Origin: Desulfobulbaceae bacterium
Lineage (GTDB): Bacteria > Desulfobacterota > Desulfobulbia > Desulfobulbales > SURF-16
Length of the DNA stretch: 64,000 bases
Direction: 5' to 3'
NCBI GenBank assembly: GCA_023230525.1
Contig: JALNXE010000001.1
Span: forward strand, 39,488-103,487
Below, piece by piece: positions 35,738-44,542 of the stretch. The stretch's first letter is position 1. The number at the start of each line of letters is the position of its first letter. A model generated the notes under the pieces. That model saw nothing but the letters and a program-made list of their open reading frames with translations, was not told the origin of the DNA and made no database searches. Made by a program: the position numbers and the translations under genes.

Positions 35738-35855
35738 TTTTGTTAGTTTCGGCTTTAAAAAGTCTTGGACGTTCATGCGGGAATACCTCTCCAGGGCGTA
35801 TACAACGAAATGGGATCAATTGCCGGTGGTGAAGGCTTCGTTTCCGCGGAGTTGA
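35738..35855 (+). pseudogene. umuC 3'-terminal remnant (last ~38 codons only)
   Basis: …GFKKSWTFMREYLSRAYTTKWDQLPVVKASFP aligns with the UmuC C-terminus GYKKSWTFRREYLSQAYTTRWDQLPVVKASFP (8031-8140, opposite strand). The nucleotide identity is high over ~100 bp and nothing upstream is UmuC-like. Confidence 0.75.
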
Positions 35856-35916
35856 TTCGATGTTTCTTGAAAAGGCAAGGGGGTAGAACTCTTGTGTGGA
35901 ATAAAACAGCAGCTGG

Positions 35917-36114
35917 CCAGGTTGCCGACAATTAAGGTTTTGATTGCAAAAATCCATTCCTAGGTTGGCCCATGTCGCGCAATTTGCAATCAGTTTTCCC
36001 GACACCGAGGACAGCGCCGGGCAGATCCGGGGGCAGTTCACCGGGTCGGTGATTGCAAAAGTCTCCGCTATTTTGTTTCAAATTCTGGGGCGTATCGGAG
36101 ATATTTTGACTTCC
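35917..36114. repeat. Structured ~200-bp repeat R1 (partner R2 at 49242-49453, direct orientation)
   Basis: Shared blocks in the same order: CCAGGTTGC, TGATTGCA, TTTGCAATCAG, CAGCGCCGG-CAGATC, GATTGCA, CCGCTATTTTGTTTCAAAT. The 10-mer TGATTGCAAA occurs at 35941 and 36050, and both copies are complementary to 35983-35992. Confidence 0.75.
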
Positions 36115-36327
36115 AATGAATAGTAGCAAGACTAACCTTGGACTTGTTGCTCTTATGATAATCTTCGATTTGGCAATCTTAGGGGCTGAACATGAAAATC
36201 ACCGGTTTACCCGGTGCATTTTCTGGTTGGAAATAAGTTCCACGTCCCCAGAATTCCGATAGAAGGATGGGATACGGCATTCTTTTCGAATATGGCTGAC
36301 TTCACTCCTCCTATAAATTTAATCACC

Positions 36328-37458
36328 TTAATCAAGATGTCCTCTAAGTTCCAGAACCTGCAAAAGCTGTTCTCGGATTTCCTTTGCCGTCGCTGCAAGA
36401 TCAACGGTGGCAAATCGAATCTCATGGTTCTGGATCTCAACGGCCTCGTTAACCATATCGCCCACTGAGGGGTGAAGGAGCAGTCCCGAGGCGCTCTCCG
36501 CGAGCGAGTCGCCGTTGCCTTCCTGGGACCTCAAGTAAGCGTAAATCTGATAGATATATCCACTTCGCAGTGTTTCTTCCCGATACCAGCCACGTGTTAC
36601 CACGGAGTTGAACTTGGTGTCTATGACGATGCGGCGTCCCGCGTCTGAATGGTTAAGGATGATGTCGGTTCTCATGGAGGGGAGGATTTTATCGATGCCC
36701 GGACTCTTGTTTTCAACCAGCCAGCCAATCGTTTTGCCAGCGTCAACACGCCATCCTTTCCTGGAAAGTACGACATCGTAAAATCCCGCAAGACCTTTCT
36801 CGTAAAGCTTCCTAACCCAGGCAATTTCTCTGTCAGGTAACGATAGATTTTTCGCGCCTGCGGATTCCGTAGGCAAGGCAAGGTTGAAGGCCAGCTGCGC
36901 CACAGAAACCATTGGCTGATCATTTGCATCGTGTCTGCCGAAGCGGTCGATGGCCCCATCGCCACGCCTTGGCCGCTCCCCGGTTACGCCAATACGCCTT
37001 AAGCTTGCCGCCAACGATCTGCATCGATGAACCAGTCCATCACGGTCGACTATTTTGGAAATTTTCTCTAGCGCTGCTCGGATATAACGGTTTCGGGCAG
37101 TATCGACAGTCAATTCGTTGAAGCGGCAAGCTACCTTCCCTCGATCAAGTAGTCGGTGTGTTTCGGTGTTCAGCAAGTCAATGCGCCCGCGCACACGACC
37201 AAGAACTGCTTCCCGGGATTGGTACCCATAACTCAAGTTCCGTTGAATGCGGCGCTCGACCTGATAACAGAGCATTTCTGCGACCAGATCCGGAATGTCA
37301 TCGGGGTTATCCTCTACGGCTACGTTTTTATTTTCGAGAACCCGGAAGAGATCCGATGCATACAGCATTAGCAGCCAAAGGTTGCGCACCGGGATGCGGC
37401 CAATACGACCAATCCCTTCATGGGCGTCTGACATCAAGTTGGCAGCAGCAATGGCCAT
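36328..37458 (-). CDS. mcrC: McrC (nuclease subunit of McrBC-type modification-dependent restriction system)
   Basis: 376 aa. The C-terminal PD-(D/E)xK-like RRIVIDTKFN…IYQIYAYL motif is present, and the gene lies 2 nt downstream of mcrB. Confidence 0.85.
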   Translation of the reverse strand: MAIAAANLMSDAHEGIGRIGRIPVRNLWLLMLYASDLFRVLENKNVAVEDNPDDIPDLVAEMLCYQVERRIQRNLSYGYQSREAVLGRVRGRIDLLNTETHRLLDRGKVACRFNELTVDTARNRYIRAALEKISKIVDRDGLVHRCRSLAASLRRIGVTGERPRRGDGAIDRFGRHDANDQPMVSVAQLAFNLALPTESAGAKNLSLPDREIAWVRKLYEKGLAGFYDVVLSRKGWRVDAGKTIGWLVENKSPGIDKILPSMRTDIILNHSDAGRRIVIDTKFNSVVTRGWYREETLRSGYIYQIYAYLRSQEGNGDSLAESASGLLLHPSVGDMVNEAVEIQNHEIRFATVDLAATAKEIREQLLQVLELRGHLD

Positions 37459-37460
37459 AA

Positions 37461-40049
37461 TCAGAATCCTTCAAGCAGGAGCTTCCTGGCCTTCTGAGAT
37501 TTTTCAAGCGTATCGAACCAGTATTCATCGAGCAACGGCCCGATCTCGGTGTCAACGACCTGGCGGAACCATTCCCGAGCATCACTAATCGGAACATCGA
37601 ACGGAGGCGTGACATAGCTGTGCCCCACTCGGAACTGAGGCCCGAGACCGGTATCAGCTGAGATGTCGTTGTTCAGAGCATTGAGACGCTTCTCAATCTC
37701 AACGAGGATTTCTGAATCAATGCCGCACTGGGATTGAACCCAGTCGTGCCAAGGCTTACCAAGGATGGGCTCCAGATCGATGAAGGCAAAACGGCGACGC
37801 AGCGCAAAATCGACCAGCGCAAGAGAGCGGTCTGCAATATTCATCGTGCCGATGACGTATAGATTGTCCGGAATAAAAACTCGCTCATCATCCGAACGTT
37901 TGTAGGAAAGCTCCAATGCTTCATTCGGCGTTCGCTTATCCACCTCGAGCAGCGTCAACATCTCGCCGAAAATCTGTGCGGGGTTTCCGCGGTTGATTTC
38001 TTCAATGACGACGACGTGCCTTGACATGGGATCTTTCGCGGCTGCCTTCATCATCTCCACAAAAGGTCCATCTACCAGTGTAAGCTTTCCGTCGCCAACC
38101 GGTCGCCAACCACGAATAAAGTCCTCATAAGAAAGGTTCGGGTGAAACTGAACCGCTCGGACCTTGCTGTCATCGCGTTGCCCTATCAACGCAAATGCCA
38201 ATCTTTTGGCCAGCCAGGTCTTTCCAGTTCCTGGCGGCCCCTGGAGGATCAGGTTTTTCTTGGTCCGAAGACACTTGAGAATCTTTTCGAGTTTTTCTCG
38301 GACGATAAAACAACCATCTGTTAAAATGTTATCTATTGAATACGGAACTATTGGTCGAGACCCATCCAAGATAGAAGTTGAGGTCGAAAAAAAATCAGTA
38401 AAATGCTTGTAGTTATTCAACTCTGATTGAGACTGATTTAACAATTCCAGTCCTTTTTTGGAAATCTGTACGAACCCTCTCCTGGGGAAATCAACCAATT
38501 CAGCCTTCTTTAGGTAAGACTTTGCCCAAGCTGCACGATTATCAAATAATGGCTGGCCTGTAGATTCGAGGGTGATGACATCATATTTTTCCAGCCCCAT
38601 TTCAGACTTAAGTTTCTGGTACACTTCTCTCGCAAGTTGCTCCCGCCCATCACTTAACAGTCTCAAAAGTGGGATCATTAATAAGTCAAATTTTGGGAGT
38701 AACTTTTTTAAATCGGCATCAACTTCATCTGGGGCAACCTCTTCTTCAAACACTTCGTCATCCTGCGCATCTGGGTCTGTCGCATTCGGATGGGCAGATG
38801 TCCCGCTGTCTTTAAAAAGCCAAGCCGCGAGGGAAAGTTCCGGAAAGGAGTGGACTGGATAAGCGTCCTCTTGAAAGCGAGCTTCGAGGGTATCCAGCAC
38901 CACCAGATAATCACTCGCATTGCAACGCCCCTTTGGGCCGTTCATGCCTATCTGGATATTGAGTTTTTTGCCGATGTAACGCTGGGACTGGCCATCAAGC
39001 GTCGGGAAATTCCAAGGGCGAATCCAGTAGAGCCCCATGGTAAGGTTCCATCCGACACCCCAGCGCAGCGTCGCGTTGTCGTAGGCAGCGACAAATGCCG
39101 ACCGTGCATTAGCATCATCCGATTCCGCAAAAGCAATCGCCTGGGCGAAGGCTTCCCAGAGTGTGTCAATGTCATCTTGTTGTCGTTTGTAGCTGTAGCC
39201 AAAAAACCATGTCCTCTGATTGTTGAGAACAGGAATTCCTTCAAAGGATTCGGGAACAGTCTCTGACACACCAAGCAGGCTTGCCAGTTCGCTCGCTATG
39301 GTTTTGCGATTGGCATCAGTAATCCCCCGGTTGAATATGCCCATGACCGTAAATGGGCAGATGTCTTTCAGAGGACCTCCCGGCACGCTTTCTTGGTATT
39401 GGTCATTGAGAATAGACATGCAATCGACTTTTTTGGCGATAGCGTGAATTCGGGAAATCAGCTCGTCACGCCGGTTTCTAAAAGTGAGAAGCTTGTCGGC
39501 CACCGCCTCATAAAACCGGGTCCAGTGGAAGCGGCGTTTGTCGACGGCGCTATCGCCGAAACGCTCCCGCCAATAGGGAGCGTTTCGGAATCGGTTGATG
39601 TCCTGCGCCTTTTCCTCGAACGTAAATCCGATGAGGGCGTCTGTGGTCCAGTCCCCTGGCAAGACGCGCCAGATCGTGCTTCGATTGGTATAGAAGTACC
39701 ACTCACGTGGCGGATCGAAGGGTTTCCAGTCAACCTTTAAGGTACGGCCATCTCCGAGGTTCTCTTTTACCGTGCCAATGGCTTTGATCGCCATGACTGA
39801 AACGGTCTGGCCACGGTTATCAAAGGGCAGATCGTGTTTCCGCGTATAGGACGATTTGATTGAAATACGGTCCCCAACCTGGATGGACTTGACCGCATCG
39901 AGGTATTTGCCTTGATAACCATTCTCCCAAATGCCTTGCTGCAGAAAACGGGGTGTTTGATCATTAGTTCCACCGTATGAGGACCCGACAAACCAGCAGG
40001 CTCGGGCTCCGGCCCCTTCAGGTTTAGAAGTCATAATCTGTTCTCCCAT
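37461..40049 (-). CDS. mcrB: McrB-family AAA+ GTPase with a long (~560 aa) N-terminal extension including an Mrr_N-type winged helix
   Basis: LILQGPPGTGKTW, VVVIEEINRGN, GTMNIADRSLALVDFALRRRF are the McrB GTPase motifs. The segment LLMIPLLRLLSDGREQLAREVY…NRAAWAKSYLKKAELVDFPRRGFVQISKKGLELL resembles the Mrr N-terminal wHTH. The first ~130 aa look like a PUA/EVE-like barrel, which is inference. Confidence 0.88.
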   Translation of the reverse strand: MGEQIMTSKPEGAGARACWFVGSSYGGTNDQTPRFLQQGIWENGYQGKYLDAVKSIQVGDRISIKSSYTRKHDLPFDNRGQTVSVMAIKAIGTVKENLGDGRTLKVDWKPFDPPREWYFYTNRSTIWRVLPGDWTTDALIGFTFEEKAQDINRFRNAPYWRERFGDSAVDKRRFHWTRFYEAVADKLLTFRNRRDELISRIHAIAKKVDCMSILNDQYQESVPGGPLKDICPFTVMGIFNRGITDANRKTIASELASLLGVSETVPESFEGIPVLNNQRTWFFGYSYKRQQDDIDTLWEAFAQAIAFAESDDANARSAFVAAYDNATLRWGVGWNLTMGLYWIRPWNFPTLDGQSQRYIGKKLNIQIGMNGPKGRCNASDYLVVLDTLEARFQEDAYPVHSFPELSLAAWLFKDSGTSAHPNATDPDAQDDEVFEEEVAPDEVDADLKKLLPKFDLLMIPLLRLLSDGREQLAREVYQKLKSEMGLEKYDVITLESTGQPLFDNRAAWAKSYLKKAELVDFPRRGFVQISKKGLELLNQSQSELNNYKHFTDFFSTSTSILDGSRPIVPYSIDNILTDGCFIVREKLEKILKCLRTKKNLILQGPPGTGKTWLAKRLAFALIGQRDDSKVRAVQFHPNLSYEDFIRGWRPVGDGKLTLVDGPFVEMMKAAAKDPMSRHVVVIEEINRGNPAQIFGEMLTLLEVDKRTPNEALELSYKRSDDERVFIPDNLYVIGTMNIADRSLALVDFALRRRFAFIDLEPILGKPWHDWVQSQCGIDSEILVEIEKRLNALNNDISADTGLGPQFRVGHSYVTPPFDVPISDAREWFRQVVDTEIGPLLDEYWFDTLEKSQKARKLLLEGF

Positions 40050-40121
40050 AATGAGACATGTCTGGAGTGCATTCCTTGAATTGCAAAATGCTTTAGTACT
40101 TTCGAGAACATGTGCAAAAAA

Positions 40122-41756
40122 CTATCTAATCGAGACGCACTCATCACCAACGCGTTGGTATCCGCTGTCACAAACCCATTTATGGCCGGTGTAATCGACA
40201 CTTGCGTTCGGGGGGACATAAAATTTCACACACTTATCACCTTCCGGGCGATAGCCACTGTCACAGACCCACTTGCGACCGGTGTAGTCAACACTAGCGT
40301 TTACAGGAACTTTGAATTTCACGCATTCGTTCTCCACCTGCCGATAACCGCTGTCACAAACCCATTTACGGCCGGTGTAATCGACGCTTGCGTTCGGGGG
40401 GACATAAAATTTCACACACTTATCACCTTCCGGGCGATAGCCACTGTCACAAACCCACTTGCGACCAGTGTAGTCAACACTAGCGTTTACAGGAACTTTG
40501 AATTTCACGCATTCGTTCTCCGCCTGCCGATAACCGCTGTCACAAACCCATTTACGGCCGGTGTAATCGACGCTTGCGTTCGGGGGGACATAAAATTTCA
40601 CACACTTATCACCTTCCGGGCGATAGCCACTGTCGCAAACCCAGTTTCGCCCTGTGTAATCAATGTGCGCGTTCGCAGGGATTCCACTCGACCTTCTTGT
40701 TTCCTGCACTGGCCTCGATTCAACTCTCGGAGGAGTCAGGCTAGATCGATGTTGCGGATTTGTCTGGCTTTGAGTTTTAGTTTGGGAAACGGGCGGTTTA
40801 TAAGCGGCTTTTGCTCTTCTAAGCGTACTCAATAAGTCTTCGCCAATCCAGCCATCCTGGGTGATGCCAGCGTCGCGCTGAAAAGCCTTCACCGCGTCGG
40901 CAGTCCGGCGACCATAATCGCCATCCACCGGTCCAGGGTCGTAGCCGAGATCGGTTAGGAGCTGTTGAGCTTCTTTGGTGTATTGGGAGCGGGGCTTCTT
41001 GGGAGCGCTACTCTTCGATACGCCTGGGGATACCGCTGGGTAGGAGCGGCTGCCCAACTGTCTGGCCTCTCGAATGGCCTCCGCGACGATTTGGGTTCGG
41101 TAGGATTCAACATCTCGTTCAGCTAGCGATCGGGAACCTTGGCGATGCTGATACCGCCCACAGCGGCTGTTGTAATCATTAACGATCCGGTTGAATTCAT
41201 CGACACCTTCATTTGTATCAATAATGTCTCTCATCGCCTCGATACGAATGCCTTCCCGGACGCACCAGCGAATCTCCGGCACGGAAAGCACATTGTTGGT
41301 ACCGACCGAAGGCTTTGTATATTGCAGTCCGACGCTTTGGGTCGCGCTTGGCGCTTGGACTGCCGGAGCGGGGCTGCTCTGCGGGTAGCTGTAGCTCTGA
41401 GACGACGATGGCGGATTGTATGAAGGTGTTTTGTTGCTTTGACTTCCATTGTTAATCAGCCAGATCACAAAAACAACCCCAATAATGCCAAGAATCCATT
41501 TACCCCCCGAGCCACTGCTGCTTTTGCCAGAGTTCACGGTTTCGATGGGTGGAGGAGAGTTTGTGGTTTTCTGCTCGGGTTCGGACGTGGCTGGTTCCCG
41601 TTGAGTCTGGAGCGGTTGCTTCGGGGTCGGGGGCTTAGCCTCCGCTTTTGGTTCGAGCTTTAAAGGCTCGTCGATGCCACTGAGCTCGGACGCCAAGTCT
41701 GAAAGCCCGGAGAATCCTTTTTTATCCTTATCGTTATCACCAGCCATGGGCATCAA
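40122..41756 (-). CDS. Membrane-anchored protein with peptidoglycan-binding domain (PG_binding_1-like) and six C-terminal Cys repeats
   Basis: It has an N-terminal cytoplasmic KKGFSGLSDLASELS motif and one TM (WILGIIGVVFVIWLI). These are followed by QQLLTDLGYDPGPVDGDYGRRTADAVKAFQRDAGITQDGWIG (PGBD-like) and then 6 x ~31-aa repeats NASVDYTGRKWVCDSGYR…C(V)KF. Confidence 0.7.
   Translation of the reverse strand: MMPMAGDNDKDKKGFSGLSDLASELSGIDEPLKLEPKAEAKPPTPKQPLQTQREPATSEPEQKTTNSPPPIETVNSGKSSSGSGGKWILGIIGVVFVIWLINNGSQSNKTPSYNPPSSSQSYSYPQSSPAPAVQAPSATQSVGLQYTKPSVGTNNVLSVPEIRWCVREGIRIEAMRDIIDTNEGVDEFNRIVNDYNSRCGRYQHRQGSRSLAERDVESYRTQIVAEAIREARQLGSRSYPAVSPGVSKSSAPKKPRSQYTKEAQQLLTDLGYDPGPVDGDYGRRTADAVKAFQRDAGITQDGWIGEDLLSTLRRAKAAYKPPVSQTKTQSQTNPQHRSSLTPPRVESRPVQETRRSSGIPANAHIDYTGRNWVCDSGYRPEGDKCVKFYVPPNASVDYTGRKWVCDSGYRQAENECVKFKVPVNASVDYTGRKWVCDSGYRPEGDKCVKFYVPPNASVDYTGRKWVCDSGYRQVENECVKFKVPVNASVDYTGRKWVCDSGYRPEGDKCVKFYVPPNASVDYTGHKWVCDSGYQRVGDECVSIR
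40125..40673. repeat. In-frame tandem coding repeat, 93-nt unit in a 186-nt super-unit (six copies)
   Basis: Successive 186-bp units are nearly identical at the nucleotide level, with only a few substitutions (e.g. cagaccc/caaaccc, ctccacctg/ctccgcctg). Confidence 0.9.
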
Positions 41757-41932
41757 CCCCTTCCGTTTCGCACATAAATTTCATGCCGAGCTTCCTCATA
41801 TGAACGTCAACCCCCAAGCGCCCAGGCCGCCAATGCCCATACAAAAAATAATCACCGGAGTATATCCAGAGCTTTTCTTCTTGGCGGGCAGCCCTGTATC
41901 CGGATGCCCGTGAGCCTGCCCCAGATCGCCGA

Positions 41933-42397
41933 TCATCTTGGCTGGCCGCTTACTCCCAACTGCCGACCCAAGATCTCGAACAACCTCCGCTTGACCACCT
42001 GTGGGCTTGTGTCGCCTTCATATTCACCGAGGTTCAATCGTGTCTCGCCGGTGAAGAGGCCAATCATCAGCGGCCCCATTTTGCTGCCACCCTCGGCTTG
42101 AAGGAGCTTGCCAGCTTCGCTGCCGAGCATTTTGGCCAGCATTCCAATATCGGCCTGCTCAAGGGGAAGAGTCATAATCGGCCGGTGGGATGGACCGTAA
42201 GGATTTCTGTCGATACGGTAAAAAACCGACATGGCGTAGTGGTAGGTCATCCCCTGATACTCGGCCTTCTTACCCTGAATTTCCATGGTGAAGTCAAGAA
42301 CGGTCTTCGGTTTCTTCTGGAAGTGAGGAAGAAATCTCCCCAGACCCAGGTCTCTCCGGCATGGACGCTCGACCATGGAGCAGGAAGAGTTGGTCAC
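41933..42397 (-). CDS. Hypothetical 154-aa protein (GTG start, 4-nt overlap with the upstream 49-aa ORF)
   Basis: The ORF is in operon context; no domain recognised. The start is GTG at 42397, overlapping the TGA of the small ORF (GTGA). Confidence 0.4.
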   Translation of the reverse strand: MTNSSCSMVERPCRRDLGLGRFLPHFQKKPKTVLDFTMEIQGKKAEYQGMTYHYAMSVFYRIDRNPYGPSHRPIMTLPLEQADIGMLAKMLGSEAGKLLQAEGGSKMGPLMIGLFTGETRLNLGEYEGDTSPQVVKRRLFEILGRQLGVSGQPR

Positions 42398-42543
42398 TTG
42401 GTCAGCTCCAGCAAGGCGAACAGCGGCTTTTGAGGTGCTGATGGGTGTAAGCTGGTTTGGCGTTGTGCCTGTGGGATAATCCGGGTGTCCGAGGTCAGAT
42501 CGGAGAGTCCAGAAAATCCGCGTTTGTTGTCTTTTTTATCCAT
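42394..42543 (-). CDS. 49-aa peptide MDKKDNKRGFSGLSDLTSDTRIIPQAQRQTSLHPSAPQKPLFALLELTK (below the ORF-track cutoff)
   Basis: Found by hand translation. A GAAGGGGA Shine-Dalgarno sits 6-7 nt upstream of the ATG at 42543. It shares the K(K/R)GFSGLSDL(A/T)S motif with the N-terminus of the 544-aa protein and is translationally coupled to the next gene. Confidence 0.4.
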   Translation of the reverse strand: MDKKDNKRGFSGLSDLTSDTRIIPQAQRQTSLHPSAPQKPLFALLELTK

Positions 42544-42583
42544 ATATCCCCTTCAAAATCCGCTATTACAGATTGCTCCTTGG

Positions 42584-44530
42584 CTACGAATCCCACCTCA
42601 ATGAGAAATGTTCATCTAATAAATGAAAAATCACATCCGTGTCGATTACGGTGCTGAATTGTGGAATCTTCGTAAGGGATACTTCTCGCTTTATTTTGTC
42701 GAGAATCCCAAAATCTTTCTTTCTCATCTCAACGTAGCCATACCCACGCAAAAATGAAGTTGATGACAGTCCGAAGTCACGCCCTTTGAACACGATTTTG
42801 TCACGCGGATAGAAGTAGCACTTATCATATTCGAAATAGCCATTTCTTTTTATTTGCGACTCATAAAACTCGACCCGGCGATCAAATGTAACATGAGATA
42901 AATATGAGTAGAACTCGACGACCGTCTTGATTTGTGCTGATTTGTCTTTGTTGAAGAAAAAGCCTTGCTCATCTACAGAGATCTTGACCTCTTGGCCTCC
43001 AGACATCGTAAGATAAATATTGGCCTGCTCAGTTTTTCCCGTTTCGATGAAGTTGGTCTTATGGGTTGTGACTGCTCGATAGAATCCAATATGACGAATA
43101 TCGTTGGTGCTATACGTCCTCCCCTTAAATGAAAATGTGTTGCCGTTTAGATTAAATTCTCTGAATTGAGAAAGGAGCTTGCTTCGGTTTGCGGCTATTT
43201 CTTGAAGGGCCTTGTCATCATTGGTAATGCGATCAGAAATTTCACCTGCATCCTCAAATACCCCAAGAAGAGCCTTTGTAAGCTGCTGAGCAAAATCGAG
43301 CTTGTCATGCTTGTTGAACATATGAATCGCCAAATCTCGAACGGTCCAAGCAGCGTGTTGGCTCGCATCATGCTCGGGATCAATTTCCCAATTCTTGACG
43401 AGCTGACAAAGCTGGTTAACTTTTTGCGATAAATATGAATCTGGCCGCCTACTATCTAAGTCAGCTTTTATCTGGGTAATGAATTCCTCGATTTTCGATA
43501 CTTCTGAATGAAGAACCCTTTGTTCCGCTATCTCGCCGAGCGCATCTGCATCCTCAGCGGTGCGTTCGGCAACCTTACCAACTTCCGCGAACACTTCCTG
43601 CAGCATGTTCGTGAGTTGTTGTGAGAAATCGAGCTTGTTATGCTTGTTGAACATATGAATCGCCAGGCCACGAACCAGACCTGCAACGCGGTCGCTCGCG
43701 TCGTGATCGAGCCCTCGACTCTTTGTGCTGACCTGAATCGGCTGGGCGACGGAATCCCAATTCTTAACAACCTGGATTAGCTGGTTCACCAGGGGGGCCA
43801 ATGTGGAATCGGGCCGTTCCGCATCCACGGCGGCCCGCAGTTTTTCCACGAGGGCTCTTATGTTCCCTTCTTCCTTGTCAAGGAACCCCTGTGCCTCTAC
43901 CTCATACGAATCAACAAGGTCGGCTATCAGAATAGGGCCGTGTTCCTCGCCATCGTCAGTCGCGGATTCGACGGCAACGGTAACTGCCTCCACGAGTTCT
44001 TTTGGGGAGAGGTTGTCAAGGGCCGACTTGATAACCTGGCGATAGTGTCTCCTCCGTTCTTGGATTTCAGCTTCTACGGCCGAGAGATCCGACACTTCCG
44101 GAAAACCGGAAACAACCCGTTCCTCGTTAATGATCGCGCTCAGCTCCTCGGGGTCGATATCTTCAAACGCCCAGGCGATCTCAAGAATCCATTCCGCAAC
44201 GTCATTGGCAATGTGATCAGGCAAACGAGCAAGGCCTGCCGCAAGCAGGTTCGCCCGAGCAATTGACGACAGTTTGTCGACAGCGAGCAAATCCGCTGGC
44301 GAGGTCTCGAGGAGCGACAACACCTCTCCGGCTCGTTTAGGTCCAATACCGGGCAGCCAAGCTACTTCAGCGGAGAGCCTTTTCCGGGGGTTGGTCAAAT
44401 CGGAACGCGCCTCTATGCAATCACTTGAGTCGAGCAGCAAGCTACGTTCGTCGGCCAATTCCATGATTCGCCGTCGGTTATCGCGGGGGCTGGCAGTCAG
44501 AATATGAAAAGGATTTTGTAATAGGTCCAT
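42584..44530 (-). CDS. 648-aa protein with a degenerate J-domain-like N-terminus, an internally duplicated helical module and a beta-rich C-terminal domain
   Basis: NPFHILTASPRDNRRRIMELADERSLL…NPRKRLSAEVAWL has J-domain helix I-II spacing but no HPD. An internal repeat is present (…VKNW…RGLAIHMFNKHNKLDFSQQLT… / …VKNW…RDLAIHMFNKHDKLDFAQQLT…). It lies between the AAA+ gene and the small ORF. Confidence 0.45.
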   Translation of the reverse strand: MDLLQNPFHILTASPRDNRRRIMELADERSLLLDSSDCIEARSDLTNPRKRLSAEVAWLPGIGPKRAGEVLSLLETSPADLLAVDKLSSIARANLLAAGLARLPDHIANDVAEWILEIAWAFEDIDPEELSAIINEERVVSGFPEVSDLSAVEAEIQERRRHYRQVIKSALDNLSPKELVEAVTVAVESATDDGEEHGPILIADLVDSYEVEAQGFLDKEEGNIRALVEKLRAAVDAERPDSTLAPLVNQLIQVVKNWDSVAQPIQVSTKSRGLDHDASDRVAGLVRGLAIHMFNKHNKLDFSQQLTNMLQEVFAEVGKVAERTAEDADALGEIAEQRVLHSEVSKIEEFITQIKADLDSRRPDSYLSQKVNQLCQLVKNWEIDPEHDASQHAAWTVRDLAIHMFNKHDKLDFAQQLTKALLGVFEDAGEISDRITNDDKALQEIAANRSKLLSQFREFNLNGNTFSFKGRTYSTNDIRHIGFYRAVTTHKTNFIETGKTEQANIYLTMSGGQEVKISVDEQGFFFNKDKSAQIKTVVEFYSYLSHVTFDRRVEFYESQIKRNGYFEYDKCYFYPRDKIVFKGRDFGLSSTSFLRGYGYVEMRKKDFGILDKIKREVSLTKIPQFSTVIDTDVIFHLLDEHFSLRWDS

Positions 44531-44542
44531 GCTCCCCTCCGG

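Noticed and set aside
35917-36114. R1/R2 as integron attC sites or as IS/MITE termini
   Set aside because: I found no GTTRRRY/RYYYAAC core pair and no intI nearby. The two copies are direct rather than inverted relative to each other, and no transposase lies between them. Their function is left open in the findings.
40110-40835. 241-aa plus-strand ORF full of repeats
   Set aside because: It is the antisense shadow of the in-frame Cys-repeat region of the 544-aa minus-strand protein. That protein has a start context, a TM segment, a PG-binding domain and operon context; the plus-strand ORF has none.
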